From the NCBI GenBank assembly GCA_963823335.1, contig CAWGLD010000003.1:96001-160000 (forward strand): 64,000 nt of DNA, in the 5' to 3' direction. The position numbers and the translations under genes were made by a program. Below, piece by piece: positions 29,825 to 39,680 of the stretch. Every line of letters starts with the position of its first letter. The first letter of the stretch is position 1. The notes beneath the pieces are model-generated. The model worked only from the letters and a program-made list of their open reading frames with translations. It was not told where the DNA came from and made no database searches. The DNA comes from an uncultured delta proteobacterium (GTDB lineage Bacteria; Desulfobacterota; Desulfobacteria; Desulfobacterales; B30-G6).

Positions 29825-30769
29825 ATGAAAATATTTGACACGCATGACGGTCTGAAAATCCGTTTTGATACCTATAAATGTGGAACAAAGACATGCAGGG
29901 GCCTGGTCGTCCTGCTGGGGGGAAGATCTGAATTTATTGAGAAATATCGGGAAACCGTCGATCAGCTTCTTGTGAGAAAATTGGATGTTGTCACATTCGA
30001 CTGGCGTGGACAGGGATTGTCCGACCGTCTGTTGCCGAATCGCTACAAGGGGCATGTGGCGTCCTACGATGACTATCTGAAAGATCTTATCGGTTTCATG
30101 GACAGACATGTTCTGAAAAAAGCTGACAGGCCGGTGATAATGCTGGCGCACTCCATGGGGGGGCATATTGCCCTTCGGTATCTGCATGATTTTCCCGGCA
30201 GGGTCGATAAGGCTGTTTTGACATCCCCTTTGATCGATATCGCCGGACCTGTCCTTTTGACACGTGCGATAAAAACGATGGTGAAGATTGCCGTCCGAAT
30301 CGGATTTGAAAAATATTATGCTACCCGGGCCAACGATTTCGACCCGTCCAAGAAGGTCTTTACAGGGAATCGTCTCACCAGGGATCGGCATCGTTTTCAG
30401 AAAACAATCCAGATGATAGTCGATAATCCGGATGTTGCCGTAGGGGGTGTCACTTTTGGGTGGCTGGATGCCACGTTTAATTCCATTCAGCATATGATGG
30501 TCGACGGGTATTTTGAGAGCATTGCGACACCCGTGAAAATGATTTCGGCGGGTGGGGATGAAATTGTGTCAGTAACGGCTCATAGGAAGGTCTGCCGAAA
30601 ATTACCAAATTGCGATTTGGTTGTGATTCCAAGTGCATTGCACGAATTGCTCATCGAAAAAGATACCGTCCTGGAGAAATTTTGGGAGGTCTTTGACGCG
30701 TTTGTGCTTGGCCGGCCACAAAACAGGCCGGCAGACACGCCAACCAAAAAACGGGCATGCCTTTCGTGA
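29825..30769 (+). CDS. Alpha/beta hydrolase, lysophospholipase L2-like
   Basis: GRSEFIEKY, DWRGQGLS, AHSMGG nucleophile elbow and HELLIE. Confidence 0.9.
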   Translation: MKIFDTHDGLKIRFDTYKCGTKTCRGLVVLLGGRSEFIEKYRETVDQLLVRKLDVVTFDWRGQGLSDRLLPNRYKGHVASYDDYLKDLIGFMDRHVLKKADRPVIMLAHSMGGHIALRYLHDFPGRVDKAVLTSPLIDIAGPVLLTRAIKTMVKIAVRIGFEKYYATRANDFDPSKKVFTGNRLTRDRHRFQKTIQMIVDNPDVAVGGVTFGWLDATFNSIQHMMVDGYFESIATPVKMISAGGDEIVSVTAHRKVCRKLPNCDLVVIPSALHELLIEKDTVLEKFWEVFDAFVLGRPQNRPADTPTKKRACLS

Positions 30770-30862
30770 TCAGAGTGACATGGACATGTTCGCTAAAATC
30801 GTTCCCGCGATTTTATTTGCGCTTGCAGTTGCATGGTTTTTAAAATACAAGAGGTTCATGCT

Positions 30863-30969
30863 TTTTATACCGCTTGTCATAATAATGTTCCTAAAATAGG
30901 ATGGCGGCATAAGGGGTTGTAGCAGAAAAAAGGTCCTCAATCGGAACGTTTTTCTGACAACCCCTATAT
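30863..30969. mobile_element. 107-bp repeat family E (contains AGGGGTTGT...ACAACCCCT inverted repeat)
   Basis: Two mismatches versus 47318-47424. Confidence 0.85.
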
Positions 30970-30986
30970 AACAGGAGGAAAGAGGG

Positions 30987-31613
30987 ATGAAATGGAAAGA
31001 GTCTAATGAAGGTGTTGAGACAGAGGCTGACAAAGAAGGAACCTTTGAGGAAAATTACTCCCCTTTAAGAACCCAGAAGCTCAATTTTGGTTCAAGACTG
31101 ACTTCGGTTCTCACCCGACCAGGTTCCTGGATGGTTATCATTCCAGTGCTGTTGCTGGCGCTCCTTCTCTTCTCTATGCGTTCCGGCGGTAGCGACAAAG
31201 CCCTGCTGTCCGCAATGGACCAGCGCCTCCAGCACCTCGAAAGCAGGATGGAGGCCCTGGAAGGGATCAACGAGTTGGTGATGGATCTCGACAATAACCG
31301 CCAGGCTGCACAGCCGCTGATGGTAAGACTGGATCACCTGGAAACAGCTTTTGCCAAAAAAATAAGTGAGATGGATCAGCAATTAAAGGAACTGCAAACC
31401 AAGCTCGTAAGGACAGAGACCAAACAGGCTCAGACAGTAGTTATCAAAAGCCAACCATCAAAGCAGGCAGCTAAAATCCATGTGGTGGAAAAAGGGGAGA
31501 CTCTGTACAGCATCAGCAAGAAATATGGGGTGTCGGTGAATCAGTTGATGACCTTCAACAAGCTTTCCAAGGGGTCAATCATTAATCCGGGACAATCATT
31601 GAAAATCAAGTAA
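30987..31613 (+). CDS. Membrane-anchored coiled-coil protein with C-terminal LysM domain
   Basis: TM, coiled coil, then HVVEKGETLYSISKKYGVSV...PGQSLKI. Confidence 0.88.
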   Translation: MKWKESNEGVETEADKEGTFEENYSPLRTQKLNFGSRLTSVLTRPGSWMVIIPVLLLALLLFSMRSGGSDKALLSAMDQRLQHLESRMEALEGINELVMDLDNNRQAAQPLMVRLDHLETAFAKKISEMDQQLKELQTKLVRTETKQAQTVVIKSQPSKQAAKIHVVEKGETLYSISKKYGVSVNQLMTFNKLSKGSIINPGQSLKIK

Positions 31614-32272
31614 TGGATAGAATCAAAGCGGTCATTTTTGATCTGGACGGTACCTTGTTGAACACCCTGGAGGACATCGGGAATGCAGTCAATCAGGTTT
31701 TGTCCAGCAGAGGCTATCCCACGCATCCTGTGGACAGGTACCGGTCTTTTGTTGGCGACGGTTGGGAGTTGCTGATCAAGCGGGCACTTCCTGACCTTGC
31801 ATCTACCCGTGATAAAGTGAAGGCCTGTGTCGAGGAATCCCTGGTGGAATATGGTAAAACCTGGGATGCAACAACAGGCCCCTATACCGGTATTCCTGAG
31901 CTGTTGAATTATTTGACCCATGAGGGTATTCGGCTGGCCGTGCTGTCAAACAAGCCACATGTTTTTGCACAGCAATATGTTGACAAGCTGCTTGCAGAAT
32001 GGACATTTGAAAAAGTCATCGGAGTCAGCACCAGGTTCCTCAAAAAGCCGGATCCTGCGGGCGCATTGAGTATTTTGACGGAACTGAATATAGATAAGAA
32101 GAATTGTCTTTTTATTGGGGATTCAGGTGTTGATATGCAAACAGCCGCCGCAGCCGGCATCTTTTCCGTGGGCGCGGCCTGGGGGTTTAAGCCCGAAGCC
32201 GAACTGATGAAAAACGGGTGCCGATTTCTTGCCAGAGACCCCATGGATGTTCTTAGCCTCCTTGTTACCTGA
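31613..32272 (+). CDS. HAD-superfamily hydrolase (phosphoglycolate phosphatase-like)
   Basis: FDLDGTL, LSNK, KPDP and IGDSGVD motifs. Confidence 0.9.
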   Translation: MDRIKAVIFDLDGTLLNTLEDIGNAVNQVLSSRGYPTHPVDRYRSFVGDGWELLIKRALPDLASTRDKVKACVEESLVEYGKTWDATTGPYTGIPELLNYLTHEGIRLAVLSNKPHVFAQQYVDKLLAEWTFEKVIGVSTRFLKKPDPAGALSILTELNIDKKNCLFIGDSGVDMQTAAAAGIFSVGAAWGFKPEAELMKNGCRFLARDPMDVLSLLVT

Positions 32273-32345
32273 ATACCGCTTCCAAAGAATTGATCCAGAT
32301 GAAGGGTTTTCGGAACGCTTCCGGCGTGTTCTTGGAATCTGAGAT

Positions 32346-33611
32346 TTACCCCCTGTCCCTGTTTGGATCAGGCGCAGTCTCTTTTTCGAAAAATGCCGCG
32401 CCGGCCAGGGGCGATGTTCTCGGAACGTAAACAGCTGGTTTCTGTTTGTCCATGGGAATGGGTGGTCTTGAACGCATCCTGAAGAGAGCGAACATACCCA
32501 GGAGTATGTGCACTATGGCAAGAACCACGAACAGACCCATGGGCCCCAAGGCAGACATGGCGGCACCGGAAACAACGGGCCCTGATACCGCCCCTAATCC
32601 GCTGACCAATATCATGGTACTGCTGGCCGCTACCATTTGTTCGGGTTGCAGGTGATCATTGATAAAGGCAAGGTTTAACGAATACATGGGAAGGGTCAAA
32701 CCGCCGAAAAGACCGATGAGTAAAAAAGTTTTCAAGCCGTTACCCGGCAACACCGTTACATAGACAAGGCTGACGACGCCGGCCAGAAACGTAACGGCAG
32801 TAAGGATAAACCGTCGATCGAATCGATCCGACAGCGCGCCGATAGGCCATTGGCAGATGGCGCCGCCCCACAAGGCAGCACTCATGAAAAGGGATATCTC
32901 CGTGACGGAAAAACCGGCACTTTTCGCATAGACAGCGCCAACTCCCATGAGGGAACCGTTTGAAAAGCCCGTGGCAAAACTTCCGATTACCCCCAACGGA
33001 GCTTGTCTGTACAACTCCAGGATTCGGACTTTTCGGGATATTTTGAAGGCCGGTATCGGACTGACGGTCAGCAAAATCGGTATCAGGGCCAGGGAGAACA
33101 GTACCGACACCAAAATGAAGAGCTCAAAGCTGTCCGGGTTAGCTATATTGATCAGAAGAGGACCGCTGGCCATGCATCCGACGGCTATGACCATGTATAT
33201 GGAAAGAATCTGCCCTCTTTCCTGGTTGCCGGCCTGCTCATTCAGCCAGCTTTCCACCACGATGTAAAGGCCGGATAACCCAATACCGGTAATCACGCGC
33301 ATCACCAGCCACCCTGCAGGGGTCACATAGATGCTGTGCAGCAATGCGCTGGCCGATACGACGGATGCCAGGGCGGCAAACACGCGAACATGCCCCACGT
33401 GAGAAATCATGATGGGTGTGATGCGGGAGCCGACGATAATTCCAACATAGTAACCGGACATGATCATGCCGGTTACTATCGGCATGAACCCTTCCGAAGT
33501 TGCCCTCACACCCAGCAGGGTTCCCTGCAGGCTGTGCCCAAGCATGATGATTCCTATGCCCAAAAGCAGGGCCCAACAGTTCTTCAATGTGGAAAACAAA
33601 TGTGATTTCAT
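32346..33611 (-). CDS. MFS transporter (YcaD-like)
   Basis: 12 TMs; VESWLN...RGQILSIY and QWPIGALSDRFDRR motifs. Confidence 0.9.
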   Translation of the reverse strand: MKSHLFSTLKNCWALLLGIGIIMLGHSLQGTLLGVRATSEGFMPIVTGMIMSGYYVGIIVGSRITPIMISHVGHVRVFAALASVVSASALLHSIYVTPAGWLVMRVITGIGLSGLYIVVESWLNEQAGNQERGQILSIYMVIAVGCMASGPLLINIANPDSFELFILVSVLFSLALIPILLTVSPIPAFKISRKVRILELYRQAPLGVIGSFATGFSNGSLMGVGAVYAKSAGFSVTEISLFMSAALWGGAICQWPIGALSDRFDRRFILTAVTFLAGVVSLVYVTVLPGNGLKTFLLIGLFGGLTLPMYSLNLAFINDHLQPEQMVAASSTMILVSGLGAVSGPVVSGAAMSALGPMGLFVVLAIVHILLGMFALFRMRSRPPIPMDKQKPAVYVPRTSPLAGAAFFEKETAPDPNRDRG

Positions 33612-33690
33612 TCCTGCCTGACAACAAATTGTATGCATAACATTACAGAATAGAGCCTCTAATAGAATGAAAACCGGGGCATGTCTACAG

Positions 33691-34707
33691 TTATTTTATG
33701 CATTTTTTATCGACAAGAATTTCATGCAGATCTGTGATATCCTGGATGACATGTTCGGCACCGGATGCTCGGAGCACCTGTTGTAATCTGGTCCTGTCCG
33801 GTGCAGACGTGACGATACCGATGCCGGTGTATCCATAGGTTGACCGATTTGCAGCCAGCATGTCGTCCGGCATGTCCCCGATATAATATCGCTGCGACGT
33901 CTCATGCGCGTGGATTTCTGCAATGGCGTCCAGCATATAGGGGTGGGGTTTGCTCAATGAGATGGTTTTGTGTTCTTTTTCCAGGATCCTGCTTTCTTCG
34001 CGCAGGCAATCGTCCAGACTGAAGACCGAAGAAAAATATGCACGAATTTCAAAATGATCCAGCGCATATTCCGCTTCGGCTCCGGGGCGTCCGGTGGCAA
34101 GGGCCAGCAAATTTCCTGCCCTGAGGGTTTGGAAGGCGGCCGGTTCTATCAGGAGCTTTTCCCTGGTGATCAGCCCTGCGCCTGTATCGGTGTTTGCCGG
34201 TAGCTTGTAGGTTGCCATAAAGAGGTTCCGGCCCAGGTATACTTCCTGAAAAATCTGTTTGATGACATTTCCGTTGCCCACATCGTTTGATGACATTTTT
34301 TGTACAAAATAGCTGTGTCGTTTTTGGCCTTCTTGTTGCAGATGCTCCAGGGGAGAACCATGGGAAGTCAGAAAATCGATAAGGTTATCAAGACCACACC
34401 CGTGCAGTGTCTGTTCACGCAGCAGCCATGGGTCGGTTTCATTCGACAGGTCCGGAACATGTACCCGTGTCATCAGCAAATCCAGAACATGATACGTCAA
34501 GGCCCAGTCATTGTTAAGCCCGCCGCTCTGTTTGACACCGGCGAGATCGGATAGTGAGAAGAGAGGGTCTGGCAGCCTGTCCCAGCCCGGGGCGCCTTTA
34601 AAGAACAGTCTGGCAGTTTGTCGCACTGTGTCCCGGTACGATTCCGATACATCCACGATAACACCGTCCATGTCAAAGACGATGAGATTTTTTGTTTTGT
34701 TATGCAT
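33691..34707 (-). CDS. HAD-superfamily hydrolase
   Basis: FDMDGVIVDVSESY, GGLNNDW, ATGRP, KPHP and IGDMPDD motifs. Confidence 0.85.
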   Translation of the reverse strand: MHNKTKNLIVFDMDGVIVDVSESYRDTVRQTARLFFKGAPGWDRLPDPLFSLSDLAGVKQSGGLNNDWALTYHVLDLLMTRVHVPDLSNETDPWLLREQTLHGCGLDNLIDFLTSHGSPLEHLQQEGQKRHSYFVQKMSSNDVGNGNVIKQIFQEVYLGRNLFMATYKLPANTDTGAGLITREKLLIEPAAFQTLRAGNLLALATGRPGAEAEYALDHFEIRAYFSSVFSLDDCLREESRILEKEHKTISLSKPHPYMLDAIAEIHAHETSQRYYIGDMPDDMLAANRSTYGYTGIGIVTSAPDRTRLQQVLRASGAEHVIQDITDLHEILVDKKCIK

Positions 34708-35506
34708 GTGCCAGACGCCTGATTAGTTTTTGAATGCAGTCCATGTATGCTGACAAGCCCCGGAATAGAATATCATTGTGATTGGCACCGGGTATCTGGA
34801 CGAGTTGTTTGTCGGATGCAGGAGAGGCATCGTACAGGGACTGACCGTCTGAAAAGGGGATAATGTGATCGTATTCAGCATGGATGATCAAGGTCGGTCT
34901 TTCGTAGTCCCGGATTTTGTCGATATTTCGAAATCCCTTTTCCTCGTTGAATTCGATGGCTTTTGTACTGATCCCCAGCAGCCTGAGAAGCGGGGCAGCC
35001 AGGGCAAATCCGCTTTCTATGACGAGAGCGTCGATATCTGTCTTGTGAGTGCAGGCGAGTTCGAGGGCCGATGCACTTCCCAGGGATCGGCCCATGATGA
35101 TCAGAGGACCCTTATGTCCATTTTTCTGCAACCATTGACGAACAAAACCGAAAATGGTGTGACAATCCTTCATCATGCCGGCCACGGAGGGCTCTCCATT
35201 GGAGCGACCATATCCCCGGTAGTCAACCGGCAGAAAATTGATTCCCAACTGGTTATACATGGGGCCCAGATCGTCATAGTCTGACACGATTTCCCCGTTG
35301 CCATGAAAAAAGAGAATATTCGGGCAGGTGTTGTCCTGGATGTGAAAACGGGCCCCCACCCGGATGTCCTCCCCTACGGGGATAAGCAGGTCAAGACCAT
35401 TGCCTGTGCTACCGAGAGTACCCGCTTCCTGGCGGGGATGAAACAGGGCCATGAGCACTTCGGGTCTGTCCAGAGCTGAATAATCCATGAAATTTGAATT
35501 GGTCAT
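34700..35506 (-). CDS. Alpha/beta hydrolase
   Basis: FHGNGE, DYRGYG, GRSLG, D-HIIP and GANHN motifs. Confidence 0.9.
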   Translation of the reverse strand: MTNSNFMDYSALDRPEVLMALFHPRQEAGTLGSTGNGLDLLIPVGEDIRVGARFHIQDNTCPNILFFHGNGEIVSDYDDLGPMYNQLGINFLPVDYRGYGRSNGEPSVAGMMKDCHTIFGFVRQWLQKNGHKGPLIIMGRSLGSASALELACTHKTDIDALVIESGFALAAPLLRLLGISTKAIEFNEEKGFRNIDKIRDYERPTLIIHAEYDHIIPFSDGQSLYDASPASDKQLVQIPGANHNDILFRGLSAYMDCIQKLIRRLAHA

Positions 35507-35698
35507 GTCGGTATTCCTAAATAAAAAGGGTCCCAGGATCCAAGGGTTCGAGGGTTCGAGTGGGGCTGAAAGCTATCGGCTGCAATAAATGACACGCGCA
35601 GCGCTAATAACGTCCGAAGGACTAATTTCGCACGAAGTGCAAATGAAGCCTGAAAGGAAAAGTCACCCTCCAACCCTTGTATGCCGGGACGCCAGGAT

Positions 35699-36086
35699 GC
35701 TGGGATGCTGCCATCCGCTGATAGCTGTCAGCTACCCTCCAACCCTCGTATCCCCCTCAGACCCTCAAACCCTTGTAGGCTGTGACGCTTGGAAGCTCTG
35801 AGGCTGGGATGCTGCCATCCGCCGATAGCTGTCAGCCACCCTCCAACCCTCGTATCCCCCTCAGACCCTTGAACCCTTGTAGGCTGTGACGCTTGGAAGC
35901 TCTGAGGCTGGGATGCTGCCGTCCGCCGATAGCTGTCAGCTACCCTCCAACCCCTGTATCCCCCTCGGACCCTTGAACCCTTGTAGGCTGTGACGCTTGG
36001 AAGCTCTGAGGCTGGGATGCTGCCGTCCGCCGATAGCTGTCAGCTACCCTCCAACCCTCGTATCACCCTCAGACCCTCAAACCCTT
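35699..36086. repeat. Tandem repeat, 104-bp unit, about 3.7 copies
   Basis: TGGGATGCTGCC recurs at 35701, 35805, 35909 and 36013; units are nearly identical with no unique spacers. Confidence 0.92.
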
Positions 36087-36253
36087 CATAATATACCCCC
36101 GAAAGAAAATGTAATTCAATCCCTTTTTTCATAACCGAAAACCTGCTATAAAACCTTTTATTGCCCCGGCAAAGAAAGACACTTAAAACGCTACACAATT
36201 CGCATAAAAATAGCGACGAAGTCGCGACATAAAAATTGTGAAAGAATTTTTTT

Positions 36254-37462
36254 ATGAAACACATCGCCTATCTTAAAAATGTGGTTCATGAATATGCCTG
36301 GGGGTCTCGCACATTCATACCAGAGCTCATGGGTCATCCATCACCTGCAGATCGACCCCAGGCTGAGCTGTGGATGGGGGCACATCCTAAGGGATCTTCC
36401 CTTGTAATCACCCAAAATGGATGGGAATCACTGGTGGAGCTGATTCAGGATCACCCCATCGACATCCTGGGCAGGTGGGTCGCAGAAAAATTTGATGGCA
36501 AATTACCTTATTTATTCAAGCTACTTGCGGCGGAAAAACCCTTGTCCATTCAGGCGCATCCAGGTGCTGCAGATGCACGGGCAGGGTATGCCCGTGAAGA
36601 AACACGCGCTATCCCTTTTAATGCCCCCGAGCGTAACTATAAAGATCCCCATCACAAACCAGAATGCCTGTGCGCATTGACATCTTTCTGGGGCTTGTGC
36701 GGCTTCAGGAACATTTTTGAAACAGCGACTCTGCTGCACCAGCTCTGCCCTATAACCCTCGGGAAGTCGTTTCACCTGTTGGAAAAGAACACCCCAGGCA
36801 ACAGCATCCAGGTCTTTTTTAAAGCAATCATGGATATGGATCCCCGGAAGCAGGCTGAGATCGTTCATGAAGCTGTCTGGCATGCTCAGGCCGATAAACA
36901 TGAACGACCCGAATACGATTGGGTTGTCAGACTCAATAAGGCATATCCATCTGATATTGGCGCCATCTTTCCGGTACTGCTCAATCTGGTTTGTCTTCAG
37001 CCGGGGCAGGCTCTGTTTCTGAAACAGGGAGAACTACACGCCTATCTGAGCGGGGTGGGGATAGAACTCATGGCCAATTCTGACAATGTACTCCGGGGCG
37101 GGTTGACATCCAAGCACGTAGATGTTGCAGAATTGATGCGCATCCTGTCTTTCAAAGAGAAGCGTGTCGAAATTCTACTGCCCGGGAACCGGGAGCGGCA
37201 TGCGGGTGTTTACCGGACCCCTGCCCAGGAGTTCGAACTTTCGGTCATTACTCTAGACGCCGGGGATGAATATACAGGTCGGGTCGATAGAAGTGTCGAG
37301 ATTCTACTCTGCACATCCGGTGAGCACTGGATTGCCGAAACCGGCAGCATGGATCCCTTGATTTTTGACAAGGGCGCTTCCGTGCTGATTCCGGCCGCTG
37401 TTCCAGGTTATACCATCCAGGGCAAAGGGGTTATCTACAGGGCTGCGGTACCGATTCAATGA
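36254..37462 (+). CDS. manA: Mannose-6-phosphate isomerase, class I
   Basis: YAWGS, AELWMGAHP, PLSIQAHP, HKPE, HAYLSG and MANSDNVLRGGLT motifs. Confidence 0.96.
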   Translation: MKHIAYLKNVVHEYAWGSRTFIPELMGHPSPADRPQAELWMGAHPKGSSLVITQNGWESLVELIQDHPIDILGRWVAEKFDGKLPYLFKLLAAEKPLSIQAHPGAADARAGYAREETRAIPFNAPERNYKDPHHKPECLCALTSFWGLCGFRNIFETATLLHQLCPITLGKSFHLLEKNTPGNSIQVFFKAIMDMDPRKQAEIVHEAVWHAQADKHERPEYDWVVRLNKAYPSDIGAIFPVLLNLVCLQPGQALFLKQGELHAYLSGVGIELMANSDNVLRGGLTSKHVDVAELMRILSFKEKRVEILLPGNRERHAGVYRTPAQEFELSVITLDAGDEYTGRVDRSVEILLCTSGEHWIAETGSMDPLIFDKGASVLIPAAVPGYTIQGKGVIYRAAVPIQ

Positions 37463-37711
37463 AGTCCAAATCAGTCTCTAATTAAAAGTCACTAAAAAAA
37501 CACTTGACCTTTTCCGCATAAATTATTTATAACTTATTAAAAATATATACGAAACAGATTCACAAGCGAATTCTGAATTCTATCTGTATTTCAAATCTTT
37601 TCTAATTCTTCTGGCTCCAAACACAATCTCAAGCTGACCTGCTTCTAATACTGCTTCTTCTCAGTTAAAAAGTTTTCATAGTTTCGATTTTGGCATCCAT
37701 CGACATATCGC

Positions 37712-37834
37712 TATTATCCTGGCAACTAAATAGCTCAATGCGTCATGCCGGACTTGATCCGGCATCCAGTGCCTTTCTGGATTCCCGCCTGCGCGGAAAT
37801 GACATCCTTAACATATATAATTGCCGGAGTAATA
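37712..37834. mobile_element. MITE-like element enclosing a REP-like doublet
   Basis: Imperfect TIRs TATTATCCTGGCAA / TTGCCGGAGTAATA; internal GTCATGCCGGACTTGATCCGGCATCCAG...CTGGATTCCCGCCTGCGCGGAAATGAC. Confidence 0.7.
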
Positions 37835-37886
37835 TCAGTTTCGGATAAATTAACAATTACCGATAAAAACCGTTGGATATCGAGAC

Positions 37887-38723
37887 GTGACAGATATCGG
37901 CAATATAATACGGCGACATCCGGGCATCTTCTGGATGATCACGGTGCTTTTGGCATGCCATGCAATTTTATACGTGATCTCTTCCGGAGCAGGTAAAACC
38001 ACGGTCTATTTTTACAGTTCCGAAACCAATATCAATAACTTCAAATCCCTCAAAATCGAATTCGACCGATACCTGGCCAGGTTTGGTTCCTATGAATTCC
38101 AGCCTTTCAGCAGCAGAGAAGATTTTGAAAGACACGTCAAAGACAAAGAGAATTGTCTGCTTCTCCTCTCAAGCTGGCATTACCGGCAGATCCACAAGGA
38201 ATTTTCCCTGACACCGGTTCTTACCGGTCATCGAAAAAACAAGAAATATCAAAAACGGATACTGGTTGCCGGCGGTGCAAATTCCGACATCGAATCCATA
38301 AAGAACGGGAGAATCGCTTCTGCCAGCAATCCTCAGCACACCACCAGTGTTCTGATGGAGATGCTGAAAGAAAAGTTTTCAGGAGAACACTTCAGGATAT
38401 TAACCGTACCGAAAGATATCGATGCCTTGATGTCTGTGGGCTTCGGCATGGCCAGCTATGCCTTGAGTACCGGGAACAGCCTCGAGGAATTGAGACAGGC
38501 CAATCCAAAACTTTGTTCGAAGATGTGCGTTCTCGCGGAAGGAGAGCAATCCCTTCTGCTGATTCTTGCAGTGCCGGAAGTGTTCGATCAGGATTCCGAA
38601 AAAATGGTGAGCATTCTTCAGGATATGTCGATGGATGTGGAAGGAAAACAAAAAATCAGAATGCTTGGGCTTGATGGCTGGCAGAAGCTCGATCCTTTGG
38701 ACAAGCAGAAACTGGAGAGCTGA
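37887..38723 (+). CDS. PhnD/SsuA-like periplasmic substrate-binding protein
   Basis: N-terminal hydrophobic segment and type II binding-protein-like pattern (VPKDIDALMSV.FG); first gene of an apparent operon. Confidence 0.6.
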   Translation: MTDIGNIIRRHPGIFWMITVLLACHAILYVISSGAGKTTVYFYSSETNINNFKSLKIEFDRYLARFGSYEFQPFSSREDFERHVKDKENCLLLLSSWHYRQIHKEFSLTPVLTGHRKNKKYQKRILVAGGANSDIESIKNGRIASASNPQHTTSVLMEMLKEKFSGEHFRILTVPKDIDALMSVGFGMASYALSTGNSLEELRQANPKLCSKMCVLAEGEQSLLLILAVPEVFDQDSEKMVSILQDMSMDVEGKQKIRMLGLDGWQKLDPLDKQKLES

Positions 38724-39638
38724 ATGAAGGTCTTCAAATCCATATTTCTTCTATTTTTAGTGGTGCTGCTGGGCGCATTGTTTGCGGACGAAATCCCCAA
38801 GATCCTGGTGATCAACTCGAACGCGTCCGTTGAAAAATATCATGTGGCCCAGGAGGAATTCAAGAAGACCATCGCTCTTCCCGTGCTGGAGGTCAATCTG
38901 GAGGAGCAAAAATGGAAAATCTCCAAGGTGGAAGAACTTCTTTATGATGAATACCCAGACCTGATTTACTGCATCGGCACCAAGGCTTACCTCATTGCAA
39001 ACAAGTATATCAGTGAAAGGCATATTGTCTTCTCATCCATTGTCAACTGGGAGCGCTGGCCGGTTGCCGGAAAAACATATGGTGTGTCGAACGAGCTTCA
39101 CCCGGGCATGCAATTGACTCTGTATCGCTACGTGTTTCCTGCCATAAGGAAGATAGGCATTTTATACAGCAAGCGCTACAACCGTGAGTGGTTTGAAAAC
39201 ACCTTGGAATTTTCCAGGGGAATGGGCATTGAAATCGTCGGCAAAGCCGTTCACAAAAGCATGTACGTCATTTCCAATCTAAAAGAGTTGGTCCCCGATA
39301 TCGATGCTTTGTGGGTCGTTTCCGATCCGATTGTCATGCCTGACAAAGATGTCATCAAATCCATTTTCAATACGTGTGAAGTTCACCATATACCCGTTTT
39401 TACCTACCATGACGCCTTTGCCGAATACGGCGCCATGCTGATCGTATCCGTGGATGATCCCACCACAGGACGCCAGGCAGCGGATGTTGCATCCGAGGTG
39501 CTTAGCGACAACATGGGCAAGGACAGGGTTCAGCTTCCCGCGGGGTCCCGTATTGTTTTTAATCTTAAAAAAGCGAATGCATATGACATGCAATACAATG
39601 AGGAGGCGCTCAGCACGGTCAACCAGATCATCGAATAA
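38724..39638 (+). CDS. ABC-type substrate-binding protein (ABC_sub_bind-like)
   Basis: Signal peptide, IRKIGILYS, DALWVVSD and GRQAA...FNLKKA motifs. Confidence 0.78.
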   Translation: MKVFKSIFLLFLVVLLGALFADEIPKILVINSNASVEKYHVAQEEFKKTIALPVLEVNLEEQKWKISKVEELLYDEYPDLIYCIGTKAYLIANKYISERHIVFSSIVNWERWPVAGKTYGVSNELHPGMQLTLYRYVFPAIRKIGILYSKRYNREWFENTLEFSRGMGIEIVGKAVHKSMYVISNLKELVPDIDALWVVSDPIVMPDKDVIKSIFNTCEVHHIPVFTYHDAFAEYGAMLIVSVDDPTTGRQAADVASEVLSDNMGKDRVQLPAGSRIVFNLKKANAYDMQYNEEALSTVNQIIE

Positions 39639-39680
39639 ATGTATGGGTTTGTGAAATTTTAGGGCTAGGAGGAAAAGGTC

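Noticed and set aside
35699-36086. Possible CRISPR array
   Set aside because: The whole 104-bp unit is repeated with no unique spacers, and there are no cas genes in the window
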